Program-made: the position numbers and the translations under genes
In this document: in pieces, positions 18,408 through 31,900 of the stretch
Numbering within the stretch: position 1 is the first letter of the stretch
How the letters are laid out: every line of letters starts with the position of its first letter
Notes under the pieces: generated by a model
Database searches by the model: none
Told to the model about the DNA's origin: nothing
Seen by the model: only the letters and a program-made list of their open reading frames with translations
Origin: a virus
Lineage: Duplodnaviria; Caudoviricetes
IMG/VR virus record: IMGVR_UViG_3300047309_000142
Span: 1-53,840 of that record
DNA length: 53,840 bases
Strand: one strand, 5' to 3'

Positions 18408-19220
18408 ATGGGCGGTATAATGATGCCTTACATGAGCGCCTTGGGTCAAATGGGATATATAGCACCGTCTTCTATTCCTAGTTTAAGTTTATGGTACAAC
18501 GCAAGTGAGTCTTCCACGTTAGTTAATAATGTTAGTACAGCCAACTTTGACGTTACCGTAGTAAATAACACAAGAATAGGCAAGTGGGTGGACTTGTCTG
18601 GACTGGGACAACCCGCTAACGTAAATGGTGGCAATAGTTCTAAACCAACTTATATTACTCCTATTCAAAATAGCCTGGGCGCAGTTTCATATACGGGATC
18701 ACCGGTCAATTTGGATATTAATCCGGCAACATGGTCAAACAGTTTATCTGGTTTTACCCTATATGTAATGGCTAGGCCAACCAGTTTACCAGCAACAATT
18801 TTTCCTTTAATGGTCTCAAATTTAAGTTGTGGAATGTGGTGGAATGGCACTAACTGGAGTATTGGGCAAAGTGTAGGAAATCGTGGTACCGTAACTGTTA
18901 CAGATGATACAACTAAATTTCACATGTACGGCATGGTGTTTGATGGTAGCCAAACTGGTAATGCAAATAGATTGCAATTTAGATACGACAGATCTGCTAA
19001 AACTCTTACCTTCACCGGAACAATAGGTACAACTACGGGTAGTAATAGTTATTGGTTTGTGGGAGGAAATAATAGAGGATCAGGATCCGGTGGCGCCACT
19101 TTTTCAACTTATATGGTAGGATATATTGGTGAAGTTTTAATTTGGACTAGAACACTGACAGCTACAGAACTCGCTCAAGTCGAGTTGTATCTAAACACTA
19201 AATGGAATCTAGGATATTAA
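18408..19220 (+). CDS. LamG/concanavalin-like tail-tip protein
   Basis: LSLWYNAS...WVDLSG...GYIGEVLIWTRTLT..E...VE.YL..KW. Confidence 0.7.
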   Translation: MGGIMMPYMSALGQMGYIAPSSIPSLSLWYNASESSTLVNNVSTANFDVTVVNNTRIGKWVDLSGLGQPANVNGGNSSKPTYITPIQNSLGAVSYTGSPVNLDINPATWSNSLSGFTLYVMARPTSLPATIFPLMVSNLSCGMWWNGTNWSIGQSVGNRGTVTVTDDTTKFHMYGMVFDGSQTGNANRLQFRYDRSAKTLTFTGTIGTTTGSNSYWFVGGNNRGSGSGGATFSTYMVGYIGEVLIWTRTLTATELAQVELYLNTKWNLGY

Positions 19221-19229
19221 GGATAAAAT

Positions 19230-19766
19230 ATGTTAAATGCAAAAATAGCTGATAACGGGCACCTACAATTTGTTTTGGCAGATGGGGCAATCGTAGACGC
19301 TGGTAATGTTCGCGGAGCAACTGGACCACAAGGCGACAAGGGTATAGGTGTTAAGGGTGATCCAGGCGAACCTGGCAAACAGGGTCCAGCAGGAGTAGGC
19401 ATATTAGGATTTGCCTCGGGATATGTAGATGCTGGCACATTTCTTACCCTAGACAATATTAAAGTTTCTGTACCTACCACAGGTAATAGAGCCTTGTGTA
19501 TGGCTGCTGTCAGCAGTTCATTCCAAGCCAGCATCAGTGCTACTTCAGGATTTATCAACGGTAATGCCAGTGCGGCCACAGGTTACCCGCCGCCAACATA
19601 TACAACCACACCCAGCGGACCGTTTTTTAACTGGAATTTCCCCAACGCAGGCGACGGTAGTGTATATCTAATACACGATATCACAAACTGGAGAATGTAC
19701 AGAGTAACGCTGATGATTGGGCCGGGCTACATGAGAAACTTTATCAGCATTGAGAGACTATATTAA
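19230..19766 (+). CDS. Collagen-repeat fibre protein
   Basis: GXY run GATGPQGDKGIGVKGDPGEPGKQGPAG. Confidence 0.75.
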   Translation: MLNAKIADNGHLQFVLADGAIVDAGNVRGATGPQGDKGIGVKGDPGEPGKQGPAGVGILGFASGYVDAGTFLTLDNIKVSVPTTGNRALCMAAVSSSFQASISATSGFINGNASAATGYPPPTYTTTPSGPFFNWNFPNAGDGSVYLIHDITNWRMYRVTLMIGPGYMRNFISIERLY

Positions 19767-19810
19767 GTTTTTGGGATTTGGAAATAACAGTAAAGTATAA
19801 ATAATAAATT

Positions 19811-20029
19811 ATGACAGCTATTTACTTGCCCAATAGTCCAACAAATGGACAAATTTATGTTGCTTCAAACGGAGTTACATATTGTTATGTGACTGATCAT
19901 TGGAACACAAGTATTCCGATTCAGAACGGATCAGCTGTTTATTATTACGAGGGTGGAGACTCAACAACTTGGGCTACTGCCAATCAAACAAATCCTGGGG
20001 ATTTAGTCCTAGACGGAGGAACTTCATAA
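19811..20029 (+). CDS. Small tail-fibre adaptor-like protein
   Basis: TATAAATA at 19796-19803. The N-terminus (IYLPNSPTNGQIY...W) resembles that of the 22966 fibre; ends LDGGTS. Confidence 0.65.
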   Translation: MTAIYLPNSPTNGQIYVASNGVTYCYVTDHWNTSIPIQNGSAVYYYEGGDSTTWATANQTNPGDLVLDGGTS

Positions 20030-21748
20030 ATGACAACGAGAATAAAAGTAAGACACGACACATCTTCAAACTGGTCAAGTAATAATCCAGTTTTAGCTCT
20101 GGGAGAACCTGGCTTTGAGACTGATTCAAATCGTGTTAAGTATGGTGATGGCACCACAACTTGGAACAGTTTACCTTATACTGGAGCCGGTGCAAATTTA
20201 ACTGGTGATATCAACATTGGTGCTAATGCTGGACAAAGTAATCAAGCTTCAGAATCCATCGCTATTGGAAATGATGCGGGTAGATATAGCCAAGGATACC
20301 ACTCTATTGCTGTTGGTCAGGGTGCCGCTTATTATTACCAAAGTTGGTTAAGTATTGCGATTGGTAGAGGAGCTGGTGCATGCTGTCAAGATCACAGCGC
20401 AGTAGCTATTGGACACATAGCGGGCGCATGCAGTCAAGGACATGGCTCCATAGCTATAGGTCGAGGTGCAGGTAGATATAGTCAATATGCAGAATCTATC
20501 GCTATTGGTCATTATGGCTGCTCACAGTACTATCAGGGATATCATTCCATTGCTATTGGATCTGGCGCAGGTAATTGCTGCCAAGCTGCGTTAGCTGTAG
20601 CGATTGGACGCGCAGCTGGGGCATACAATCAAAGTAATAGTACAGTTGCAATTGGTCATTTGGCGGGACAATGTTGTCAACATTACGACGCTGTTGCAGT
20701 AGGTACTAGATCAGGTCGCTGGAATCAGGCAGCTGGAGCAGTAGCAGTTGGTCACAGTGCTGGAAATTGCTGTCAGCGTTGTCATGCAGTTGCGATAGGT
20801 GCTGATGCAGGTAATTACAATCAGGGTTGGGTAGCTACTGCTGTGGGCCGCAGTGCTGGCGCATGTAGCCAAAGAGGTGGTGCAACCGCAGTAGGTCACT
20901 TGGCGGGACAATGTTGCCAGGGATACGGTGCAGTTGCATTGGGTTCACATGCGGGACGTTATTATCAATCCTGCGAGTCAGTGGCAGTGGGGCAAAATGC
21001 AGGTAATTGCTGTCAGGGATACCATTCTGTGGCTATGGGATCTTACGCTGCTGCATGCGGTCAAAGAAGTTTAGCAATAGCTATAGGTCGTTCAGCTGGT
21101 GCATGTACTCAGAACATGAGTGCTATTGCAATTGGACACATTGCTGGACAACTGCAACAGGGTCAGGGTTCGGTGGCTATTGGCACAAGAGCAGGTAGAT
21201 ATTACCAGCAAACCTATGCGGTTGCAGTTGGACCACGCAGCGCTCAAAATTGTCAACAGAGTTATGCTGTTGCGGTTGGACCCTATGCTGCAGAAACGCC
21301 GTCAAATTATTACATAATTCAACATGCAGACGAGGATGGTTCTAACTATACCATTACGTTACAAAACAATTATGATATTTCAGTAATTAGACCTGGCATG
21401 TATTTAGATGGCAATGGTTATAGTATGGTATTGATTACTGCTATAAACGGAACACAAATTACTTTGGCAAGTACTCCTAATAATGGCAGCGTGTCGCAAA
21501 ACGGAATATTCTATGCTAGAGCCAAACAGGGTGCATCAAGTATTGCAATAGGTGCTTATGCAGCAAGATATACGCAGCATGCTAACAGTATTGTAATCAA
21601 TGCATCCGGTGCGGAAATAGCAAGTGCAGGACAAAATACCACTGTTATAAGTTCAGTTAGAACTGTAACAGGTGGTTCGGCACCAAGCGGGTTCTCACCA
21701 ACCTATTACAATCCTACAACTGGTGAATTGATAGTAGTAACAGCATAA
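20030..21748 (+). CDS. Tail fibre with Mtd-N-like domain and Cys/His-rich YadA-head-like repeats
   Basis: RIKVRHDT...NPVLALGEPGFETD...KYGDG.T.WNSLPY, then 22 tandem ~16-aa Qxxx(S/A)(I/V)A(I/V)GxxAGxxx repeats. Confidence 0.8.
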   Translation: MTTRIKVRHDTSSNWSSNNPVLALGEPGFETDSNRVKYGDGTTTWNSLPYTGAGANLTGDINIGANAGQSNQASESIAIGNDAGRYSQGYHSIAVGQGAAYYYQSWLSIAIGRGAGACCQDHSAVAIGHIAGACSQGHGSIAIGRGAGRYSQYAESIAIGHYGCSQYYQGYHSIAIGSGAGNCCQAALAVAIGRAAGAYNQSNSTVAIGHLAGQCCQHYDAVAVGTRSGRWNQAAGAVAVGHSAGNCCQRCHAVAIGADAGNYNQGWVATAVGRSAGACSQRGGATAVGHLAGQCCQGYGAVALGSHAGRYYQSCESVAVGQNAGNCCQGYHSVAMGSYAAACGQRSLAIAIGRSAGACTQNMSAIAIGHIAGQLQQGQGSVAIGTRAGRYYQQTYAVAVGPRSAQNCQQSYAVAVGPYAAETPSNYYIIQHADEDGSNYTITLQNNYDISVIRPGMYLDGNGYSMVLITAINGTQITLASTPNNGSVSQNGIFYARAKQGASSIAIGAYAARYTQHANSIVINASGAEIASAGQNTTVISSVRTVTGGSAPSGFSPTYYNPTTGELIVVTA

Positions 21749-21773
21749 ATAACTTAAACAAGGAACAAGCAAC

Positions 21774-21974
21774 ATGGCAAATTACAACATTACAGCAACT
21801 TCTGCAAAGAAGAATCAAACAGTGAGCAATACCGACACTAAAAAATTCCCATCACCTGCTGCGTTCAACACACAGGCTGAAGCAAATGAACAAGCTACTA
21901 AGTATGCTAAAAATCTTAACTACGAAGATCATTTAGAAACTTGGGATTGGGTTGGTCACGCAACCGCAGTTTAA
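21774..21974 (+). CDS. Small late hypothetical protein
   Basis: TAAATA at 21746, AAGGA RBS. Confidence 0.7.
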   Translation: MANYNITATSAKKNQTVSNTDTKKFPSPAAFNTQAEANEQATKYAKNLNYEDHLETWDWVGHATAV

Positions 21975-21979
21975 TTACA

Positions 21980-22225
21980 TCAGGGTTTAGGACCAATATT
22001 GGCCGTGGAAGTTTCACGGTCAATTGTCATATAACCACGGCAAGTAAAATTCCAATCATCGCCAGTTAGACCATTGTTAGTAACTTCGTCCTGTACAGGT
22101 ACAGATATTTTCACATGTTTGAACAGGTACTCCTGATCGTTTTCGAAAACTCTCCATACATGATCTTTGGTACCACGTCCTGGTTGACCTCGGGATTTAT
22201 TAAATCTTATAAGGTATTTGTTCAT
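21980..22225 (-). CDS. Hypothetical protein
   Basis: 81 aa; its ATG overlaps the oxygenase stop codon. Confidence 0.7.
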   Translation of the reverse strand: MNKYLIRFNKSRGQPGRGTKDHVWRVFENDQEYLFKHVKISVPVQDEVTNNGLTGDDWNFTCRGYMTIDRETSTANIGPKP

Positions 22226-22863
22226 ACAATTATGGGTGAATCTGGTTTCTTTTCTACAGGTAATGGGCCCACTGTTAAGTTAAAATGAACTAACTTTGAT
22301 ACCGAAGTACTGGGATTTCGCAATATACTATGCGGTAACCACGAATTTATAAAATACATCTTGCCTGCTGTAGGAGTCAGTATAGCGGACGTGCTAGCTA
22401 ACGTTACAATGGCCGGGTCTTTTTCGGGTAAATTAATTTGTTTTTTGCCGGGTCTTGGATCGTGAATAGCTACTTGACTGGAATTTTCAGGGCATTCCAA
22501 GAAATAAAAACCAGAAATTTGATCTCCATAATGATGTATATGCTCGTCATGGCCCTGATATTGGTTGTGTTCCTGGCACCACATTTCTCTAAAATAAGTG
22601 CCCAAATTAGTCATGTCATGCCCCTGATCACGTAGTATGTTCCACGCAGTTTGAGCAATAAATTGAGTGAAATCAGCAAGAACAGGCTCGTGAAAGAAAC
22701 CATCTGTTTGAACCGGATAAAGTGGGTCCGTGGTGTCTTTAACCGCTTTTACATCGGTTAAATATTTGTCGGCCACTACACTTACTGCGGGCAAGAATTC
22801 CGGTTTATCTACTATGTAAATAGGGCTAGGGAAAAAATCATGCTGTATCAAATTAGTTGTCAT
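22222..22863 (-). CDS. 2OG-Fe(II) oxygenase-like protein
   Basis: FFPSPIY, EHIH...ISGFYFL, HDPRP and SWLPH motifs. Confidence 0.8.
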   Translation of the reverse strand: MTTNLIQHDFFPSPIYIVDKPEFLPAVSVVADKYLTDVKAVKDTTDPLYPVQTDGFFHEPVLADFTQFIAQTAWNILRDQGHDMTNLGTYFREMWCQEHNQYQGHDEHIHHYGDQISGFYFLECPENSSQVAIHDPRPGKKQINLPEKDPAIVTLASTSAILTPTAGKMYFINSWLPHSILRNPSTSVSKLVHFNLTVGPLPVEKKPDSPIIV

Positions 22864-22965
22864 AATAGTTTACTTATAGATGCCAATTAATCGCCAAACA
22901 TTTTATGAGGTCAAACAGTGATTTTCCATAAAGTATAAATACTAAGATTACAGTATGGAACAAAT

Positions 22966-25900
22966 ATGGCTCTAAATTTTCCGATTACTCCGGCACCAGG
23001 CGACCTCTATACCTATGCAGGTAAAACCTGGACCTGGAACGGTACCGGGTGGCAACTAGTAGAATCCACATCTGCATTGGATAACGTCAATGCTAATTTA
23101 AATAATGAAATAAGTCAACGCCAAGCAGCGGATCTTTCCATAAACAACGTAATTGATGCAGTAAGTGCAGCGGTTGCTAATGAAATAAGTGCAAGACAAT
23201 CAGCAAGTGCAGCACTAGAAAGTCATATTAATACTGTAAGCGCAGGACTTGCTGCAATTGATTCGGGCAATATAAGTTTTACAGCAAGTAGTTATCCATT
23301 TACTGGCAATACACAATCCCTTAATACTACAACAGGTACTATTGTTGTGACTGGTGGTGTTGGCATAAGCGGTAATCTAAATGTAGGCGGTCAATTTGCA
23401 GCGAATGGCAATATACTACCGGCACAAAATGCAACATTTAATTTGGGGTCGCCTAGCTTACGTTGGAAATCACTTTATGTGACCGGTAGCACAATTGATA
23501 TTGATGGATTAACAATAGGCGCAGCAAATGGTCAAATAATTATTCCTGCAGCAAATATTGGTGGTGTTGATATTAATAGCGCGATAACCACTATCAGTAA
23601 TACAGTTTCCGCAGAAACATCAAATAGACAAAGCGCCAGCGCAGTTATAGAAAGCCACATTAATACGGTAAGCAATACTGTTTCCATTGTTAATGCACAA
23701 CTGGCTTCAATTGACACTAAATTGAGTAATGCTGTTAGTGCGTTGAGTGCAGATCTACGCAGCGCAATTAATGCGGTAAGCAATCAAGTATCGGTAACAA
23801 GTACGGATTTAACCAGCGCCAAAAATAATTTGCTAAGTGCTATAAATGTTGTTTCAAATGCAGTAAGCGCAGAAACAGCCAATCGCATCAGTGCAGATAA
23901 CGCGCTAAGTGTAGCGGCTCAAGCTGCGATAAACACTATCAGTAATGCAGTTTCTGTTGTATCTGTTGCAGCAGCAAATGCAACTAGTATCGCAAATGCG
24001 GCTAGTGCAGCAGTAAATGTGGTGAGCAATGCAGTAAGTTTAGAAACAGTTAATAGAATTAGCGCGGATAATGTACTAAGTGTCAAAATTGATGCAGTTA
24101 GCAACACAGTATCTGTTGAAACGGTAAATCGACAATCAGCCAGCGCAGTATTAGAAAGCCACATCAATACCGTAAGTAATGCGGTTTCAGTGGTAAGTGC
24201 GGCGGCTGCTTCGGTTGAATCACATGTTAATACAGTAAGCAATGCGGTATCTACAGTTAGTGCAGCTTTGATATCGGTAAGCGCACAGATTGAAAACCAC
24301 GTAAATTTAGTAAGTAACGCGGTATCTCAAGTTAGTGTGGTAGCTGCTAATGCAATAAGTATGGCCAATGTAATTAGCCAAGCGTTGTCAAACGAAATCA
24401 GCAACAGACAATCAGCTAGTGCGGTATTAGAAGGTCATATTAATACAGTAAGTAATGCGGTATCTACAGTTTCGGCCGCAGTTGCCAACGCGGTAAGCAT
24501 GATCAACGTAGTAAGTAATGCCGTTTCTGTAGAAACCGCAGCAAGAACATTAGCAAGCGCAAATTTAGAAACTCATATAAACACTGTTAGCAATGCAGTT
24601 TCGGTGGTTAGTGTTGTGGCAGCAAATGCCATAAGCATGATCAATGTAGTTAGCAATACCTTATCCGCAGAAATTAATGATAGAAAATCGGTTAGCCAAC
24701 TATTAGAAAGCCACATTGATAACGTAAGTGCTGCGGTTAATACAGTAAGCAATGCGCTGAGCGTTGAAACTGCAAATAGAGTATCAGCTGATAATGCATT
24801 AAGTGTACGTGTTGATTCGGTATATGGCGTAATTTCGTCAATAGTTGGTGGTGGTGCAGTTAGCGTAACCAGTGCTGACTTAATATCAGTAAGTGCGGTT
24901 TTAGAAAGCCATATTAATACAGTAAGCAATGCTGTTTCGGTTGAGATAGCAAATAGACAATCAGCTAGTGCGGTATTAGAAACACATATTAACACTGTTA
25001 GTAATGCAGTTTCAGTAGTGTCAGTTGCAGCAGCCAATGCCACAAGTATTGCCAATGCAGCAAGTAATGCTGTTTCAGTTGAAGTAGTAAATCGCCAATC
25101 AGCTAGTGCCGCACTTGAGAGTCACATTAATACAGTAAGCAATGCAGTTTCAGTCGTATCAGCAGCAGCGGCCAATGCTACATCGATCGCTAATGCAGCA
25201 AGCAACGCAGTCTCTGTAGAAATTATAAATCGTCAATCAGCTAGTGCAGTACTAGAAACACATATTAACACAGTTAGTAATGCAGTTTCAGTAGTGTCAG
25301 TTACAGCAGCCAATGCCGCAAGTATTGCCAATGCAGCAAGTAATGCTGTTTCAGTTGAAGTAGTAAATCGCCAATCAGCAAGTGCGGTATTGGAAAGTCA
25401 TATTGACACTGTGAGCAATGCGGTATCGCTAGTAAGTGTGGTGGCTGCTAATGCAATTAGTACAGCAAATGCAGTAAGCAATGCATTAAGTGCAGAGATT
25501 CTAAACAGACAAAGTGCAAGTGCGGCGTTGGAAAGTCACATAAACGCTGTGAGTAATGCAGTTTCAGTTATTAATGCTTCGACTGGCGTAACAGTAGGAC
25601 TTTATAATAATGTAGCCAATGCTAATACATTTAGTAACACTATAAGTGGCGTGACTACTATTGGCTTTGATAGTTATACTGGATTCAAAGTTGATAATAT
25701 GGGCAGCAATACCGTCAAAGTTAGTCTTGGTAGTTCATTCAGAACTTTCAAAGCCAACGGGCAAAGTGATTTAATTGCGTTTGGCGAAGATACGTTAGAA
25801 TTTGTCGCAGGCAACGGAATTTCCATTGCAACTGACCCATTAGCTACGCCTAAACAGTTGAAAATTGCAGTTGATGATGCACAAATTTATTCAGCTATTA

Positions 25901-28900
25901 ATGGTTTAAGCAATGCCATTAGTGCGGTATCAGCAGCGGCTGCTTTAGCCAATACAACCGCTAATAATGCTTCATCTATTGCTAATGCAGTAAGCAACGC
26001 GGTATCTGCAGAAATTGGCGATAGGAAAAGTGCTAGTGCTCAATTAGAAGGACATATAAACACTGTTAGTAATAATGTTTCAGTAGTAAGTGCAGCAGTG
26101 GCAAATGAAGCAAGTATACGTGCCGCAGCTGATATATTAATTAATAATGAAATAAGCATAGTGAGTGCTGCGGTAGTTAGTGTAGACAGTCATGTAAACA
26201 CGGTAAGTGCGCAATTAGCTAGTGTTGATACCAAACTAAGCAACGCCATTAGTTTGGAAACAGCTAATCGTCAAAGTGCTAGCGCAGTATTAGAAAGTCA
26301 CATAAACGCAGTTAGTGCAGCAGTTAATACGGTTAGTAATGCAATTAGTGCAGAAACAGCTAATAGGATTTCGTCTGAAAGCGGCCTAAGCTCACGTGTT
26401 GATTCTGTATATAACGTTTTATCTTCAATTGTTATAGGTGGAGGCGTAAGTGTAACTAGTGCTGATTTAAATTCGGTTAGTACAGCTCTCGAATCTCATA
26501 TAAACACAGTAAGCAACAACGTGTCGGTAGTTAGCGCAGCAATAGCTAATGAAGCAAGTATACGAGCAGCAGCGGATACTAGTATTAACAATGCGGTTAG
26601 CGTAGTGAGTGCGGCAGCGGTTTCTATCGAGACACACGTTAATACGGTAAGTGCACAACTGGCTTCTGTTGATACTAAGTTAAGCGCAGCGATCGTCAAT
26701 GCAATTAGCAATGAAGCAAGTATACGAGCAGCAGCAGATACTAGTATTAACAATGCGGTTAGTGTAGTAAGTGCGGCAGCGGCTTCTATTGAAACACATG
26801 TTAACACAGTAAGTGCACAGTTGGCATCGGTAGACACAAAATTAAGCACAGCGGTTGCTAACTTAGCGTTGGATAATTTGACTGATGTTCAAATCAGTAG
26901 CCCAGTGGCAGGTCAATTACTGACTTATAATGGAATAAATTGGATAAATGGCGCAGGTATAACAGTTTCTGGCGGTGCCGGCATTGGTTATTGGATGCAA
27001 ACACCAGTCATTACAGCGGCTAGTACAGAAAACTATTTCCAAATAGACACACTGGGAGGCACACCAAATACATCTGCACAAGTTTTGATTACCCAAACAG
27101 TTAACAATACTACAGCAGTTGTCGCAGCTTGGCAGTCCAGCGCATTGGGCAGAACAGTATTGGATGCTGGTAATTATGAATTTAGTGTTTGGATGAGCAC
27201 AAGCAACACTGGTGGTACCAATACTGCTCAATTAGATGTATACAGAGTTGATCCATATTCTGGCGGCACAGTTACAATGACTGGTACTGGTACTAGCAGA
27301 ACCGTAACTGCAAGTAATGGTGCGCCCTTCGCCACAATAACTGCCAGCGGTACAATGACCAGCAGCAGTTGGTTGGAAACACCAAAAGGTCTTTATCAAA
27401 TTACGGCAAAGACCAGTGATACGGTAGTGACTATAGCAGTGCCGGCAGCTTACACCAATGAGTCTGCGGTATCTGCTAGCGTGTGGAATCAGTTATTCAC
27501 TAATCCCTCATTTAATCTAACAAGTACCAACTTAATTGAGTACCCGTTCAATACCACACAACCCAGTTTCAGTATTAACAAAACAACTAGTTTAGGTGTA
27601 ATTGTATTTGCAACTACTAGCGCAAGTAGAACCATTACTTTCAGTATGGATGATGGCGTAACCGCGGCACATCTAACAACACCCTGGGCTGTGCTGCATA
27701 ATGAACTGGGCGGATTACAGGGCGGCGCCACAAACGAATATTATCATTTAACTAGTGCAGAATATGCAAATATCAATACAGCTAGTGCAAATCTAGCTAG
27801 TATAGAAAATCATTTGAGCGCGCTTGATGCTGCGGTAAGCAATGAAACAAGTGCACGTCAAGCTGCCAGTGTAGTCTTAGAAAATCAAATCAGCGTAGTA
27901 AGTGCAGCAATAGTAAATGAAGCAAGTATACGTGCAGCACAGGATGCCAGCATCTATAATGCTGTGAGTGCTGTGAGTGCAGCAGTAGCAAATGAAGCTA
28001 GTATACGTGCAGCGCAGGATGCCAGCATCTATAATGCTGTGAGTGCAGTAAGTGCGGCAGTGGTAAATGAAGCTAGTATACGTGCAGCGCAGGATGCCAG
28101 CATCAACAATTCCATTAGTGTTGTCAGTGCTGCGTTAGTGAGTACAAATGACAGAATAAGTGGCATTAGTTCTAACTTAACAAGTATTGACACGAAACTC
28201 AGTAATGCCATAAGTGCAGTTAGTGTGGCAGCACAGTCAGCCATTAATACAGTAAGCTCAAATCTAGATACTGAAATACTCAATCGTCAAAGTGCAAGTG
28301 CGGTATTAGAAGGCCACATTAACACTGTAAGTAACGCTGTATCTATAGTAAGTGCAGCAGCGGCGTCAATCGAAGCACATGTAAACACAGTAAGCAACGC
28401 GATTAGTGCGGTCAGTGCAGCAGTAGCAAACGAAGCAAGTATACGTGCGGCAGCTGATGCATCTATCAATAACAACACAAGCATAGTAAGTGCGGCAGTG
28501 GCAAATGAAGCAAGTATTCGTGCCGCAGCAGACACAAGTATCAACAATTCTATAAGTGTAGTAAGTGCGGCATTGGTGAGTACAAATGACAGAATCAGTG
28601 GCATTAGTTCTAACTTAACAAGTATTGATACTAAACTCAGCAATGCTATCAGTAACGTAACCAGCCAGTTACAGGCCGCAAGTGCTGCGTTAGAGAGTCA
28701 TATTAATACAGTAAGTGCTGCGGTCAATACGGTCAGCAACGCAGTCAGCGTAGAAACTGCTAACCGTATTAGTGCGGATAATGCTTTAAGCGTAAGAATT
28801 GATTCAATAAGCAATCAAGTATCGGTAACAAGTGCAGATTTGGTTAGTGCCAAAAATAACTTGTTAAGCAACATCAATGCGGTAAGCAATGCTGTATCAG

Positions 28901-31900
28901 TTGAAACAGCAAATAGAATAAGTGCAGATAATGTATTAAGTGTTAATATCAATACTGTAAGCAATGCAGTATCTATTGTTTCAGTTGCGGCAGCAAATGC
29001 AACGTCAATAGCCAATGCAGTTAGTAATGCTCTAAGTAACGAAATATCTAATCGACGAAGTGCAGATAACGCATTAAGTGTTAATATCAATACTGTAAGC
29101 AATGCAGTATCTATTGTTTCAGTTGCTGCAGCCAATGCAACAAGTATTGCTAATGCAGCAAGTAATGCGGTGTCGGTAGAAATTGCCAACAGACAATCAG
29201 CTAGTGCGGCATTAGAAACTCATATTAATACGGTTAGTGCGGCAGTTAACACTGTGAGCAATGCTGTATCAGTTGAAACAGCAAATAGAATAAGTGCAGA
29301 TAACGTATTAAGTGTTAATATCAATACTGTAAGCAATGCAGTATCTATTGTTTCAGTTGCAGCAGCCAATGCAACAAGTATTGCTAATGCAGCAAGTGCG
29401 GCGGTGAATGTAGTAAGCAATGCGTTAAGTGCTGAAATAGTAAATCGAATCAGTGCTGATAACGCATTGAGTAATGCAGTTTCGGCTACTTATGCTAAAA
29501 AAGCTGGCGATACATTTACAGGGCCTGTCGTAGTATCTGCATCCTTAAGTGTAATTGGTGACCTTAATGTAAGCGGTATGCTGCAAGTTAATGCGGCTTC
29601 ACTTTTAGAAGGTGGGCAAATTAATCTTGCAGCGGCTCCAAGTGGTACGTTGGCTGGTCCTATTGGTATAGACATATATGGAAACCGAGTTAGGATTTTT
29701 GAAACCACCGGAACTAGTCGTGGTGTTTACATTGATTTGACTAGTGCGGCGGCAGGAGTAGGCACAAACTTAATGGCAGGTGGTGGCGCTGGTAGTGTGG
29801 CTAGTGCTAATTTTGTAAGTGCGGTAAACGCATTAAGCAACGCGATATCAGTGGTTAGTGCAGCAGCGGCCTCAGTTGAATCGCATGTTAATACGGTAAG
29901 CAATGCGCTATCAAATGAAATTAGTAATAGGCAATCAGCTAGTGCAGCATTAGAAACTCATATCAATGCAGCAAGTAATGCAGCTTCAGTGGTGAGTGCG
30001 GCGGTAGTTAGTGTTAGCGCCGTAATCGAAACTCATGTTAACACAGTAAGCAATGCGGTTAGTATTGTGAGTGTGGCAGCAGCTAATGCAATAAGCATGG
30101 CCAACGTTATAAGCAATGCCCTAAGCAATGAAATATCAAATCGTATCAGTGCAGATAATGTTTTAAGTGCAAACATAAACACGGTAAGCAATGCAGTATC
30201 AATTGTGAGTGTAGCAGCAGCCAACGCAACAAGCATAGCCAATGCAGTAAGCAATGCATTGAGTAATGAAATAAGCAATCGTCAAAGCGCCAGTGCTGCA
30301 CTAGAGACTCATATCAATACCGTCAGCAATGCTGTATCAATAGTATCAGTAGCAGCGGCCAACGCAACAAGTATTGCTAATGCAGCAAGTAATGCGGTGT
30401 CAGTAGAAATAATTAATAGACAAGCGGCTAGCCAAGCATTACAGGTCAATATTGATGCTGTAAGTCAAGCAGTTTCGGTAGTAAGTGTAGCAGTAGATCG
30501 CGTAAGCAATGCAGTTTCTAACGAAATCAGCAATAGACAATCAGCTAGTGCAGCATTGGAAACACATATTAACACTGTAAGTGCCGCAGTTAATACGGTA
30601 AGTAATGCATTAAGTGCCGAAATAGTAAACCGCATCAGTGCTGATAACGCACTAAGCGCCAATATAAACACAGTAAGTAATGCAGTATCAATTGTATCGG
30701 TAGCAGCAGCTAATGCAACCAGTATCGCAAATGCGGCCAGTGCTGCGGTAAACGTAGTAAGTAATGCGTTAAGCAATGAAATAAGTAATCGCCAAAGTGC
30801 CAGTGCAGCACTTGAGACTCACATTAATACCGTAAGTAACGCAGTTTCGGTCGTAAGCCAAGCTGTTTCGGTCGTTTCGGTAGCAGCAGCAAATGCCACT
30901 TCAATAGCCAATGCGGCTAGTATTGTTGCGGCAAATGCAACTAGCATTGCAAATGCAGCCAGTGTTGCCGCAGCAAATGCAACCAGTATTGCAAATGCGG
31001 CAAGCAACGCGGTATCAGTAGAGATTGCTAATCGCATCAGCGCAGATAACGCAGTAAGCGCCGCAGCACAATCTGCAATCAATACCGTAAGCAATGCGGT
31101 ATCTATTGTATCAGTGGCGGCAGCAAATGCTACGTCAATAGCCAACGCGGTTAGTGCTGCGGTAAACGTAGTAAGCAACGCAGTGTCAATTGTGAGTGCT
31201 GCGCAGTTAAGTACTTGGAACGCGGTAAGCAATGAGATTTCCGTAAGAGCAGCGGCCAGTGCCGCATTAGAAGCACACATCAATACTGTTAGTGCAGCAG
31301 CGGCAGCTGGCGGCGGCGTGGCATCCAGCAACATCAATAATAAAGTTTATACAGGATTAACAACCGCAACTACGATTATTGATACTACCGCAGTTGCCAA
31401 CTATAGAGCAGTTGAATATCTTGCTACGGCCACAGACAACACCAACAGTCGTTACAAAGCAAGTAGAATAACAATTCTAACTGATAATACAAACGTTTAT
31501 TACAGTGAGTATGATACTCTTTACAGTAATGCTTCTTATGAGGTAGCAACATTCACGGCAAACGTAGCTACGGGCAATATTAACCTTATTGCTCAGGGCG
31601 ACAGCGCGAACGTAACAGTTCAATTACAAAAAGTGTATTTGGGACCAGGAACCACAACTGGCGTAGCGGCGGGCATAACCAGTGTTTCCGGCGGTTCAAA
31701 TACCCAAGTACAATTTAACGATGCTGGAACGCTAAGTGGTAGTGCAAACTTGACCTTTGATAAAGGTACAAATGTATTAACAGTTACAGGCAACGTTGCT
31801 GCTACAAACTTATCAGGCACGATAACTACTGCTTCACAAACCAACATTACTACAGTTGGTACATTAGGTGCATTGACTGTCACTGGTAACGTTGCTGCTG

